From Candidatus Micrarchaeia archaeon (lineage in GTDB: Archaea > Micrarchaeota > Micrarchaeia > Micrarchaeales > CABMGC01), in the NCBI GenBank assembly GCA_049964835.1, contig JBMFWW010000006.1:1-33364 (forward strand): DNA of 33,364 bases, read 5' to 3'. The notes beneath the pieces are model-generated. The model worked only from the letters and a program-made list of their open reading frames with translations, was not told the DNA's origin and did not search any database. Shown here in pieces: positions 1-8,150 of the stretch. Numbering within the stretch: the first letter of the stretch is position 1; each line of letters begins with the position of its first letter. The position numbers and the translations under genes were made by a program.

Positions 1-777
1 TATGTTTATTTTTATTACTTTAAATGGTCTTGATTTTATTTTTTCAAAAGTATATGTATTTGTTTTTGTATCATATATAAAAAAACCTTTATCTTCTTGC
101 TCTACACCTTTTAGTTGGGTAAGAACTGTACTTCCAGGTATAAGGAAGTCCTTCCCATGACACTTTAACTCTACTTTATTGTGTATATGGCCATTTATGT
201 ACAAATCAAAACCTTTTGGTAGTTCTTCTATGTGAGTAAACTCTTCACTAAAAGGCAATAATTCATAAAGTGTTTGGTGTATCATGAATATGTTAAAATC
301 ATTTGGATTGAGATCGAGATTTAATTGATTTATTGAGTCTTTGAATCGCTCGTCTGGAACTCCTCCTAAACCAAATACTGCTACTCTCTCGCCATCTTTT
401 TCGATTACTGCCTTTGATTTGTTAACCTCAACTAGTAATCCGGCTAGATGCAAAACGTCTACAGAGTCTATCGCATCTTCAGCTCTGCGTTCATGTGTTC
501 CTGGTATTGCTATTATTGGTTTTGAAGTATATGCTGCTTTGCCCGTATACTCAACTACTTTTGCTGCAAAATTCTTTTTTGAAATGTCTCTGAAGAGCTC
601 TACTGCTTGAGCCATGACCTCAGGTTCTGGTTTTCTATAATCAAAAATGTCTCCGGGAATTATTAGCATATCGGATAACTCTGATGCTTTTTCAAGTGCT
701 TCTCTGGCTTGAATGTAAGCGTCTTCAAAAAAGCGTTCGTAACCTAAATGAAAATCACTAAGTATTCCTATTTTCAT
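1..777 (-). CDS. mre11: Mre11/SbcD-family DNA repair metallophosphoesterase (3' end runs off the window)
   Basis: Manual translation from ATG at 777: MKIGILSDFHLGYERF...IPGDIFD...IPGTHERR...MIHQ...INGHIH. All metallophosphoesterase motifs present; missing from the ORF track because it is truncated by the window edge. Confidence 0.8.
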   Translation of the reverse strand, partial: MKIGILSDFHLGYERFFEDAYIQAREALEKASELSDMLIIPGDIFDYRKPEPEVMAQAVELFRDISKKNFAAKVVEYTGKAAYTSKPIIAIPGTHERRAEDAIDSVDVLHLAGLLVEVNKSKAVIEKDGERVAVFGLGGVPDERFKDSINQLNLDLNPNDFNIFMIHQTLYELLPFSEEFTHIEELPKGFDLYINGHIHNKVELKCHGKDFLIPGSTVLTQLKGVEQEDKGFFIYDTKTNTYTFEKIKSRPFKVIKINI

Positions 778-862
778 ATTACACAACTTTTATCTAAATA
801 TGATTTACTTGTAAAAATAGTTATATTTTATGGTAAATAACTCAATGCAAGGATATATCTAT

Positions 863-1735
863 CTAATTGAAATTTGATACCATCGAAACTAGTGCGGTAA
901 TGTTGAGTGTTGCATTTTCTGTACTGTTATAATTACTTATTGTAAAAGTAAAATCATAAACGTTGTTGTTTTTTACACCTAGAAAAGTAATTCTATTAGT
1001 TGAGTATGAATCTCCTACAGAACCATTAATTTGAGGTTCATACAAATTCTGTATTGAGTACTCCATGCCATTATAGGTTTTATTATCTATAAATGGAGCC
1101 AGATATTTAAAACTTTGAGAAAAGAATGAAGAGTATATGTAAATAGGTTTGGAAGTTTCGTAAGTAGTACCAAAAGCTCCGATTACATCTGCAATCTTAT
1201 TTGATTTTGTAGTTATATTTTCTTGATTAATATAAAATATTTCTTCAGTAATATTGTTAATAATAAAAGTATATGGAGAAGTATTAAGCGCAATACTTAA
1301 TGAGTCCCCATAGGTTGTATTTGTTATTTTAGTAAGTTCACTATATGAGTTATTGTAAAAGAAAATGACGTGGTTATAAAGTTTAACATTTAAATTGTTA
1401 GTATTAAACAAAGAACTAAACTCTTGAGAATTAAGATATGGGCCATTAATTTGTTGAGAGCCAGAATTGATTGTGAAGTTTGTATGTAAAAAATTTAGGT
1501 TTATTTTTAAGATTGTAAATGGAAGTATAATTAAAAGTATAAGAAATACAATAAGCATCCAATACTTTGATAAGAAACTTTGCTTCAATGCTTTTTTCTC
1601 GGCTTCATTTTCTTCCCATGGAAGAACGGGATCTTGCTCAAAAGATGATAAAAGTGGTCCTTTCTTATTAGTATTTTTACCTTTTTCTACATCTTCATCT
1701 GTATTTTGTTTATTGCTATATTTGTATTCTTCCAT
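863..1735 (-). CDS. Hypothetical single-pass membrane protein with Asn/Ser/Thr-rich external domain
   Basis: 290-aa ORF; charged N-terminus, one hydrophobic helix (YWMLIVFLILLIILPF), many N-x-S/T sequons. Confidence 0.7.
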   Translation of the reverse strand: MEEYKYSNKQNTDEDVEKGKNTNKKGPLLSSFEQDPVLPWEENEAEKKALKQSFLSKYWMLIVFLILLIILPFTILKINLNFLHTNFTINSGSQQINGPYLNSQEFSSLFNTNNLNVKLYNHVIFFYNNSYSELTKITNTTYGDSLSIALNTSPYTFIINNITEEIFYINQENITTKSNKIADVIGAFGTTYETSKPIYIYSSFFSQSFKYLAPFIDNKTYNGMEYSIQNLYEPQINGSVGDSYSTNRITFLGVKNNNVYDFTFTISNYNSTENATLNITALVSMVSNFN

Positions 1736-1761
1736 TGAAATTACTCTAATTTTTTATATAA

Positions 1762-2622
1762 TTAAATTATTAAAAGTATTATGTTTCCCAAAAGAAGAGA
1801 AAGTATAATTCCTATTAGTATAAAAGCGGCAAGAGGAGCAGCATTTCTATATACAGGTATTTTACGCCTGACATCTTTAATATCTGAAATAAGTTTTTTT
1901 GTTGCTAGCCTACCAAAAAACTTTGATTTTTTTTTGAAGTATGCTATCTCTGATTTTGTCATTAGATTAATTGCTATCATATCTTCTGGAACCAGCTCGT
2001 TTGGATTTAATTCGGTTACCATTCTGTAATTTATAAGTTTTTCATAGATAATTAGAATAGACGAGAGTATAGCTATTAGTAAAAGGAGTATTACACCTAT
2101 AATTGAAACTTTCAATATAACCAAAAGCATTACTGCTAAAATTATATAAGTAATAATCATTAATAATGATTTCTTTATGTTTTGTTTTTCTATTTTGAAC
2201 TTCTTTTCTATTTTTGTTCTCTTTGCAAAGATTAGATAATAGATTAGTATTATTACTACTGAAGAATATCCAGACGCAATAAATACTGAAAAAATAAATG
2301 GCAAACCTAATTGAGGTATATTTTTTATAAGATAAGGAGTTGTTTGAATTGGTATTAAAAGAGTTATGGCTACAAACTCAAAGATATCTCCACCACCAAC
2401 AAAACCTTTTTCATAAGATATATAACCTAAAAATGCTATTAACGCCGCTAAAAATAAAATGTAGTAAGGATCTCCGCCTAAAAGCACTACCGCTACTAAA
2501 GAAATTACTATACTTAAATATGCAAAAATGTTTGGTATTTCTCTTTTATTAAAAAGATCAAAGTAAGCGTACATTCCAGCTATTAAAATTAATATTATTA
2601 TTCGAATAATTTCTCCATACAT
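1762..2622 (-). CDS. Prepilin/preflagellin peptidase (A24 family, FlaK/PibD-like)
   Basis: Polytopic membrane protein with YAYFDLFNKREIPN (first Asp), GGGD motif and C-terminal P-LAAFILIG. Confidence 0.85.
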   Translation of the reverse strand: MYGEIIRIIILILIAGMYAYFDLFNKREIPNIFAYLSIVISLVAVVLLGGDPYYILFLAALIAFLGYISYEKGFVGGGDIFEFVAITLLIPIQTTPYLIKNIPQLGLPFIFSVFIASGYSSVVIILIYYLIFAKRTKIEKKFKIEKQNIKKSLLMIITYIILAVMLLVILKVSIIGVILLLLIAILSSILIIYEKLINYRMVTELNPNELVPEDMIAINLMTKSEIAYFKKKSKFFGRLATKKLISDIKDVRRKIPVYRNAAPLAAFILIGIILSLLLGNIILLII

Positions 2623-2671
2623 AAAAATCTAAATTAGAAGTTTACCTTATATGCATATACCGATTTGTAGA

Positions 2672-2686
2672 AAAGATTTAAATATT
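2672..2686 (+). promoter_or_regulatory. Putative BRE/TATA box for the leader-wHTH transcript
   Basis: AAAGA-TTTAAATA about 25 nt upstream of 2710; AT-rich background limits certainty. Confidence 0.4.
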
Positions 2687-2709
2687 AATGCTTTATTAAT
2701 TTGTAAATA

Positions 2710-2879
2710 TAGAAAGAAAGTTGTTGCAAATGAAAAATGCTATCAGGTGTTTAGTTGGTTTCGTACACACATCACCAGTAGCTATAGCAACAAACTTTTG
2801 CAAGTACAATATAATGTTGTACTGGCTTGTTGCATAAGGGCTCTTTCTAAAATCTTTTTATCATGGTGCTCTTATGCAA
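2710..2879 (+). ncRNA. Putative structured cis-regulatory leader RNA (riboswitch-like translational switch)
   Basis: Nested helices 2710-2717/2842-2849, 2718-2727/2787-2797 and 2803-2809/2817-2823, plus an alternative 12-bp helix 2830-2841/2868-2879 covering the ATG. Confidence 0.55.
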
Positions 2880-3206
2880 ATAACTAGTGTTATATTTAAA
2901 AGTGCGGAAGATGTTAAAAGACTTAAAGAAAAGGAAGTTCTACTTCTATCTGAGATAGGTCTTGATCAGATACCAGCTGCAACAAACTTTGTAGAATTTT
3001 TCGCTCAGAGTTATAGTATGTCTCAGAGCGGAGTATGGTACACGCTTAAGAAGCTTAAAAAAGAGAGGGTGGTGGATTTTACCGAAAAGGGCGAGGCCTA
3101 CAGGCCTCTTGCCCTTACGGATAATGGTTTAAAGATTCTTAGAAGTATAATGCTTGATGAAAAAAGAAAAATTATGAGCAGACCTTCAGTAGTCGGGGGT
3201 AGATAA
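2874..3206 (+). CDS. Winged helix-turn-helix protein (putative regulator)
   Basis: 110 aa; SQSGVWYTLKKLKKERVVDF...LALTDNG fits a wHTH recognition helix and wing; SD GGTG at 2865-2868. Confidence 0.7.
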   Translation: MQITSVIFKSAEDVKRLKEKEVLLLSEIGLDQIPAATNFVEFFAQSYSMSQSGVWYTLKKLKKERVVDFTEKGEAYRPLALTDNGLKILRSIMLDEKRKIMSRPSVVGGR

Positions 3207-3207
3207 G

Positions 3208-3522
3208 TTGAAAAGAAGAAATTGTGCAGATACTTTTAGAACGTTAAATAAAAGGGATTTGTAGCTTTTTGAGATAAAAGTGCTAATGAAAAAATTAAAA
3301 ATACGTAAAGGAAGTGATATTACATATAGTGATTTGGCTAGAAGGATAGGAAATCCAAAATCATGTAGAGCTGTAGGAAACGCATTGAAGAAAAATTCTC
3401 TCCATTAATAATACCATGCCATAGAGTATTAAAAAATCTGGCGAGTTAGGTAATTATGCTTTTGGAGAAACAAAGATGAAAGGGCAATTTTGGAGAATGA
3501 AGGTGCGCTTTCAAGTTATTGA
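3208..3522 (+). pseudogene. ogt: Methylated-DNA-protein-cysteine methyltransferase pseudogene
   Basis: Fragments FEIKV...IRKGSDITYSDLARRIGNPKSCRAVGNALKKN / PLIIPCHRV / SGELGNYAFG / LENEG in changing frames; TAG at 3262-3264 and several frameshifts. Confidence 0.88.
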
Positions 3523-4088
3523 GAATCTTTGCGGATATTTTTTAATACCATGAATAAGTTTTTCTCTAACTCTTCAATTGTACTTGAGTTATCTATTATA
3601 TAATCTGCATTTTCTATAGCTTTGTCTATTCCTACCTTCGTTTCGTTTTCTTCTCTATACTTTAGAAACTCATTCATGTCTTTAGAATCATCATATCTGT
3701 TTCTATTACTAAGCCGCCTAAAACGCTCTTCTTGAGATGAAACCAACGCAATAGTATATATTTTTTTGAGGTTGTTTTTGAAAAATTCCTGCTCGTCAAT
3801 ACTGCGTATGCCTATGATTGCTATATCCGAATTTTTATTATCTGCCTTTGTGCTTTTTATTTTTTCTAATGTTTTCTTTGCAACTATATCTTTGCCGTAT
3901 TTTTCCCTGAACTTTAACATGAACTCTTTTGTATTCTTGTTTGTTAATTGAACATTGCTTTTTGCCATTTCTTCTCTTATTATTGAACCCATTTCTATTA
4001 ACACAAATCCAAATTTTTTAAGTATTCGTGATGATTCGGTCTTTCCAGATCCCGGTCTTCCAGTTAAGCATATTATCGTTTTATTCAC
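3516..4088 (-). CDS. P-loop nucleotide kinase (UPF0200/dephospho-CoA kinase-like)
   Basis: ICLTGRPGSGKT Walker A; GIRSIDE; ERFRRLSNRNRYDD; ADYIIDN. Confidence 0.8.
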   Translation of the reverse strand: MNKTIICLTGRPGSGKTESSRILKKFGFVLIEMGSIIREEMAKSNVQLTNKNTKEFMLKFREKYGKDIVAKKTLEKIKSTKADNKNSDIAIIGIRSIDEQEFFKNNLKKIYTIALVSSQEERFRRLSNRNRYDDSKDMNEFLKYREENETKVGIDKAIENADYIIDNSSTIEELEKNLFMVLKNIRKDSQ

Positions 4089-4414
4089 CTTACAATAGAA
4101 CCTGGACTTACTGCCTTTTCAGGAGTAAGCAAAGATATTATACTATTTTCTTCTGTTGCTAGTATCATTCCTTCGGACATTACATTAGCTATTCTTTTCG
4201 GTTCTAAATTTATTATACATACTACTAATCTGTCTTTTAAATCGTCTTTTGTGTAAGTATTTTTTATACCTGCAATTATTGTACGCATGCCTATTTCATC
4301 CCCAAGATAAATGGTAAGTTTATAGACAGGACTTCTTGCACCTTCTATATCTTCAGCTAGAAGCACCTTTCCAATCCTTATATCTAATTTTGATAAATCC
4401 ATTATAGTTGCCAA
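4085..4414 (-). CDS. Stand-alone tRNA-binding OB-fold protein (Trbp111/CsaA/MetRS C-terminal-like)
   Basis: LDIRIGKV...RTIIAGI...INLEPKRIANVMSEGMILA. Probable start TTG at 4414 (GGTGC + 4 nt), giving MATIMDLSKLDIRIG. Confidence 0.85.
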   Translation of the reverse strand: MATIMDLSKLDIRIGKVLLAEDIEGARSPVYKLTIYLGDEIGMRTIIAGIKNTYTKDDLKDRLVVCIINLEPKRIANVMSEGMILATEENSIISLLTPEKAVSPGSIVR

Positions 4415-4464
4415 AAAAGCACCGAAATTATTTAAATAAAGTATTATAAAAAGATATTGAGTAA

Positions 4465-5001
4465 ATGAGATGCTTTTTGGCAATAGATATTCCGGAGAAT
4501 ATTAAAAACAATATAAATATTATACAAGATAAGCTTTACAAAAAAGATTTAGTATTGGTTAATAAAGATCTTCTTCACATTACTATTAAATTTTTCCGAA
4601 ATATCGATATTAAAGTTGCAGATGAAATTTTTAGAAATTTGCAAGATTTTGACTTTAAAATCTTTGATATTTCATTGAATGGTTTCGATTATTTTAGATT
4701 CAATAATGATTCAGGGATTCTTTTTATTAATATAAATAAAAACTCGGAAAACTTAAGTTTATTATATGAAGAATTGGAAAGGAGATGTTTCTTTGATTAT
4801 TCTAACTCTCATGAAAAGTTTATACCTCATCTAACTGTAGCAAGAATTAAAAAGTTTAATTTACAACTTGTGGAACAAATTAAAGAGTTTAATAATTTTG
4901 AATTTGGTTCTTTTCAAATTAAAAGATTATCATTTAAAAAAAGTACACTTACAAACAAAGAACCGATATATGAAGAACTTAGGTCTTTTGATTTGGAATA
5001 A
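4465..5001 (+). CDS. thpR: RNA 2',3'-cyclic phosphodiesterase (2'-5' RNA ligase, 2H family)
   Basis: MRCFLAID, two HxT motifs (LHITIKF, PHLTVAR) and C-terminal S-L...PIYE. Confidence 0.88.
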   Translation: MRCFLAIDIPENIKNNINIIQDKLYKKDLVLVNKDLLHITIKFFRNIDIKVADEIFRNLQDFDFKIFDISLNGFDYFRFNNDSGILFININKNSENLSLLYEELERRCFFDYSNSHEKFIPHLTVARIKKFNLQLVEQIKEFNNFEFGSFQIKRLSFKKSTLTNKEPIYEELRSFDLE

Positions 5002-5578
5002 GTTTTGTACTATTTGCGCTTTCAAAATCTTCAAAAGCGATTTTGTTTATTAATTCTCCAGGCCGGTATATTCTGTTTTCTAGAAGAAGATTATAAAGCA
5101 TTCCTGTTTTTGTATCGATAAGTATATTTCGGAGTTCTTTTCCAAATAAGTCGACTTCTGCTACCTTACAATTTATTTTGCTGTGAAGCGTATTTATAAA
5201 GCGAGTTATTTCTAAGTGATTATTTTGCAGTCCTATTAAGCGTAATTCTAAATTATTTTCATTCATTTTTTTAATATCTTTTAACATATCAGAAAACTCC
5301 TTTTTACTCGGAACTTTGCTTATTCTTGATACAAAAATATCGCAAGTATTTACATCGAATATTGTTATAAGTAAATCATAGGATATCCCTATGCAACGAA
5401 TATATCTTTTGTCGTAAGAGTACTGCTTTATCATAAAGGCATTTGGTTTTAGTTCTATGCCGCGATCAAAGTATCTTTTCAGAGAACTATTATGCCTATC
5501 TCCAGTATTTAAAATTATTTGTGAGGTGCCAAAATCATTCTCCGAAGCTTCCTTTAAATAAGAGTCCCATAGATCCAT
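4979..5578 (-). CDS. Hypothetical protein
   Basis: 199-aa ORF with ATG start; no motif recognised. Confidence 0.65.
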   Translation of the reverse strand: MDLWDSYLKEASENDFGTSQIILNTGDRHNSSLKRYFDRGIELKPNAFMIKQYSYDKRYIRCIGISYDLLITIFDVNTCDIFVSRISKVPSKKEFSDMLKDIKKMNENNLELRLIGLQNNHLEITRFINTLHSKINCKVAEVDLFGKELRNILIDTKTGMLYNLLLENRIYRPGELINKIAFEDFESANSTKLIPNQKT

Positions 5579-5725
5579 GTTTATTTAATAGATATAAATA
5601 AATTAAAATCTTTGCAAACGGTGAAAATAAGGTGTGAGAGAAATATAGAAGTGGCTTGCAAAAGGATTAAATATATTACCATATATAAATTATAAAGTCT
5701 AGATGCCTATTTTTGGCTGGTTTTT

Positions 5726-6298
5726 ATGAAAGTGGAATTTATTGAGAATACCCCAACTTCAATAAGATTTAAACTTAAAGGAGCGGGATTTAACTTTGCG
5801 AATGCATTGCGGAGGATACTTATGAATAGTGTACAGTGTTTTGCAATAGATACTGTTACATTTTACGAAAACTCTACAGCTATGTTTGATGAATACATAG
5901 CGCACAGATTAGGTCTTATACCAATATTGTCGCCAAAAGGCTATAATAAAGAGGATGAGATATTATTTAAATTAAATGCTGAAGGCCCAACAGTCATATA
6001 TTCAAAGGATATAATAGGAAGTGATAAATACGTAAAAGTGGCAAATGACAATATACCAATAATGAAACTTGCAAACGGTCAGAAATTAAGAGTAGATGCA
6101 AAAGCGGTTATGAATACCGGTGCAAAAAGCTCAAAGTTTCAGCCAGGATTAGCTACATATAAAGCTAACGACACTGGAGATGAATTTGAGTTTTATATTG
6201 AGTCTTTTGGACAGATGCAAGCCATTGAAATGCTTACCCGCGCTTTAGATTTAATAAAAAATGAAGCAAAGGATATAAACAAAGAGCTTAAAAAATAA
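5726..6298 (+). CDS. rpoD: RNA polymerase subunit D (Rpo3)
   Basis: FANALRRIL, ENST.MFDEYIAHRLGLIP, IPIMKL..GQKL, F.IESFGQM. Confidence 0.96.
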   Translation: MKVEFIENTPTSIRFKLKGAGFNFANALRRILMNSVQCFAIDTVTFYENSTAMFDEYIAHRLGLIPILSPKGYNKEDEILFKLNAEGPTVIYSKDIIGSDKYVKVANDNIPIMKLANGQKLRVDAKAVMNTGAKSSKFQPGLATYKANDTGDEFEFYIESFGQMQAIEMLTRALDLIKNEAKDINKELKK

Positions 6299-6305
6299 TA
6301 AGCAA

Positions 6306-6392
6306 GCGGGGGTGGCAGAGTATGGTCAAATGCGCAGGACCGAGGCTCCTGTAGTTTTAGAGCTTGCGTGAGTTCAAATCTCACCCCCCGCA
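6306..6392 (+). tRNA. tRNA-Leu(GAG)
   Basis: GCGGGGG/CCCCCGC acceptor stem, CAGGA-CCGAGGC-TCCTG anticodon arm, long variable arm, GTGAG-TTCAAAT-CTCAC T arm. Confidence 0.93.
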
Positions 6393-6410
6393 AATAAATT
6401 ATGTGATAAT

Positions 6411-6755
6411 ATGAAAATTGAAAAGGATGCAACTAAAAAATGGATAGAAAGCCTAGAAAGAGTAAAGGTTAGCAGCAAGAATCCAGGTTTATCTGAAATG
6501 GCTATATTCAAAGCAAGCAAACCTAAAAGACAGAGAGTAAAGGTAACATTGATGAAGCTTGAAAAGTATGCAAATGAAAATGATAACATAATAGTACCAG
6601 GAAAGATTTTGGGAACAGGAAAAATTAATAAAAAGTTCAATATATCTGCAATTGAGTATTCAAAAGGAGCATTAGAAACTTTAAAGAGCGCAGGTTGCAA
6701 GATAACTGATGTTGAAAGTATAATGAAAAATAGTAATGTAAGAATTATAGTGTGA
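6411..6755 (+). CDS. rpl18e: 50S ribosomal protein L18e
   Basis: IIVPGKILGTG...FNISAIEYSKGA; conserved position after rpoD. Confidence 0.93.
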   Translation: MKIEKDATKKWIESLERVKVSSKNPGLSEMAIFKASKPKRQRVKVTLMKLEKYANENDNIIVPGKILGTGKINKKFNISAIEYSKGALETLKSAGCKITDVESIMKNSNVRIIV

Positions 6756-6760
6756 TTTTG

Positions 6761-7183
6761 ATGGCAGAGTATTCAATAAATGGCGAAGGCATCGTATTAG
6801 GCAGGCTTGCTAGTAAATCAGCAAAACTTCTTTTAGAGGGCAATGAGGTAAAAATTTTTAATGCAGAAAAGGTAGTTATAAGCGGTCATTTAAAAGATAT
6901 TATTTCAAAGTATAAAGTAAAGGTTGAGTTGAAAGATAAAGCAAACCCTGAAAATTCGCCTTACGTGTCTAGAAGGCCAGATCTTTTTGTAAAAAGAGTT
7001 GTAAGAGGTATGTTGCCATACAGACAGCCAAAAGGCAAAACAGCATTCAAAAATTTAAAGGTATATATTGGTACACCAGAGGGTATTAAAGAAACAAAAA
7101 ATCTTGAATTAAAGAAAGGTACTGATCTTTATGAAAACTTCATAACAATAAAAACACTTTCTGAAAAGTTAGGTTATAGATGA
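6761..7183 (+). CDS. rpl13: 50S ribosomal protein L13
   Basis: LGRLASKSAK, NAEKVVISG, RRPD.FVKRVVRGMLP; ATG at 6761 preferred over GTG at 6752. Confidence 0.96.
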   Translation: MAEYSINGEGIVLGRLASKSAKLLLEGNEVKIFNAEKVVISGHLKDIISKYKVKVELKDKANPENSPYVSRRPDLFVKRVVRGMLPYRQPKGKTAFKNLKVYIGTPEGIKETKNLELKKGTDLYENFITIKTLSEKLGYR

Positions 7184-7773
7184 AGATGATTATCATGGCT
7201 GAAAACGCAATAAAAACAAATATTGAACCAAAAGGAGTAAAAGAGTTAGATAAAGAGCTAAGTGCATTTAATCAAGGAGCTGAACAAAGTGCTGATCAAA
7301 CAAAAACAGGAAGAAGAAGTGCTGCAAAAAAAACAACTTCGAACAAAAAGACAAAGACGCAGATAAAAGTATTTTTAGAAAAAGGTAAAAGAAAGGAAGC
7401 AATAGCAAGAGCAAGCATCTACAGCAAAGGCAGTGGAGAGATATTCATAAATGGAGTTAATATAAATTATATAAAACCTTTAGAGATAAAGTACATAGTA
7501 ACGGAGCCTTTGAATATTTCACCTATTGCAATGGATATTGCAACTAAATCAAGAATAAGAATTAATGTTCATGGAGGAGGAGTTAGTGGAAGGGCTCAAG
7601 CAGCAAGAAATGCTTTGGCTAAGGCTTTGGTAAAAGCTTCTGGAAGCGAAGAACTAAAGGCAGCATTTATGAAATATGATAGAAATATACTAGTAGATGA
7701 CTACAGAAGAGTAGAACCTAAGAAGTACAAAGGACCTAAGGCAAGAGCAAGATTCCAGACTTCATACAGATAG
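7180..7773 (+). CDS. rps9: 30S ribosomal protein S9 with N-terminal extension
   Basis: GKRKEAIARA, VHGGG.SG.AQAAR, RRVEPKKYKGPKARARFQTSYR; start may be ATG 7195. Confidence 0.96.
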   Translation: MKMIIMAENAIKTNIEPKGVKELDKELSAFNQGAEQSADQTKTGRRSAAKKTTSNKKTKTQIKVFLEKGKRKEAIARASIYSKGSGEIFINGVNINYIKPLEIKYIVTEPLNISPIAMDIATKSRIRINVHGGGVSGRAQAARNALAKALVKASGSEELKAAFMKYDRNILVDDYRRVEPKKYKGPKARARFQTSYR

Positions 7774-7791
7774 ATAATTATTAGTGAGAAT

Positions 7792-7992
7792 ATGATGATA
7801 CCAGTAAGATGTTTTTCATGTGGTCAAGTAATTGCAGATAAATGGGAAGAGTACGATAGAAGAGTTAATAAGAACAAAGAAGATTCAGGAAAGGTTCTTG
7901 ATGATATGAAAATAACTAGATACTGTTGCAGAAGAATGCTTGTAAGTCACGTCGATTTGATAGATGACATAATGAATTACAGCAGAAAGTAA
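7792..7992 (+). CDS. rpoN: RNA polymerase subunit N (Rpo10)
   Basis: [11 protein letters not shown]...RYCCRRML. Confidence 0.98.
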   Translation: MMIPVRCFSCGQVIADKWEEYDRRVNKNKEDSGKVLDDMKITRYCCRRMLVSHVDLIDDIMNYSRK

Positions 7993-8036
7993 TTGAAAAC
8001 ATATAAATAACATGGTGAATAATAATTAAAAACTAT

Positions 8037-8123
8037 GGGGTCGTCTGCTAGTTTGGTTAGGCTTTGTGCTTAGGGAGCATAAGACCCGAGTTCAAAAAGA
8101 AATTGAAAATCTCGGCGACCCCA
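8037..8123 (+). tRNA. tRNA-Pro(AGG) with 13-nt intron at 59/60 (8097-8109)
   Basis: GGGGTCG/CGACCCC acceptor; TGTGC-TTAGGGA-GCATA anticodon arm; CCGAG/CTCGG T stem enclosing 20 nt with TTCA/TGAA helix and 3-nt bulge. Confidence 0.88.
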
Positions 8124-8150
8124 TATGTATAAAAAGGATTGGTGAATTAA

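Noticed and set aside
341..610. 89-aa + strand ORF and the many other short antisense ORFs in the track
   Set aside because: Shadows of well-supported genes on the opposite strand or another frame; no motifs.
2651..2887. 78-aa ORF across the leader as a leader peptide or gene
   Set aside because: Starts upstream of the putative TATA box, has no SD and no protein-like features; RNA structure explains the region better, though it is not formally excluded.
3262..3264. In-frame TAG in ogt as stop-codon recoding
   Set aside because: The gene also has frameshifts, and TAG ends intact genes here (e.g. rps9, mcm).
5605..5670. TTTGCAAA / TTGCAAAA pair upstream of rpoD
   Set aside because: Short AT-rich palindromes expected by chance; no further structure.
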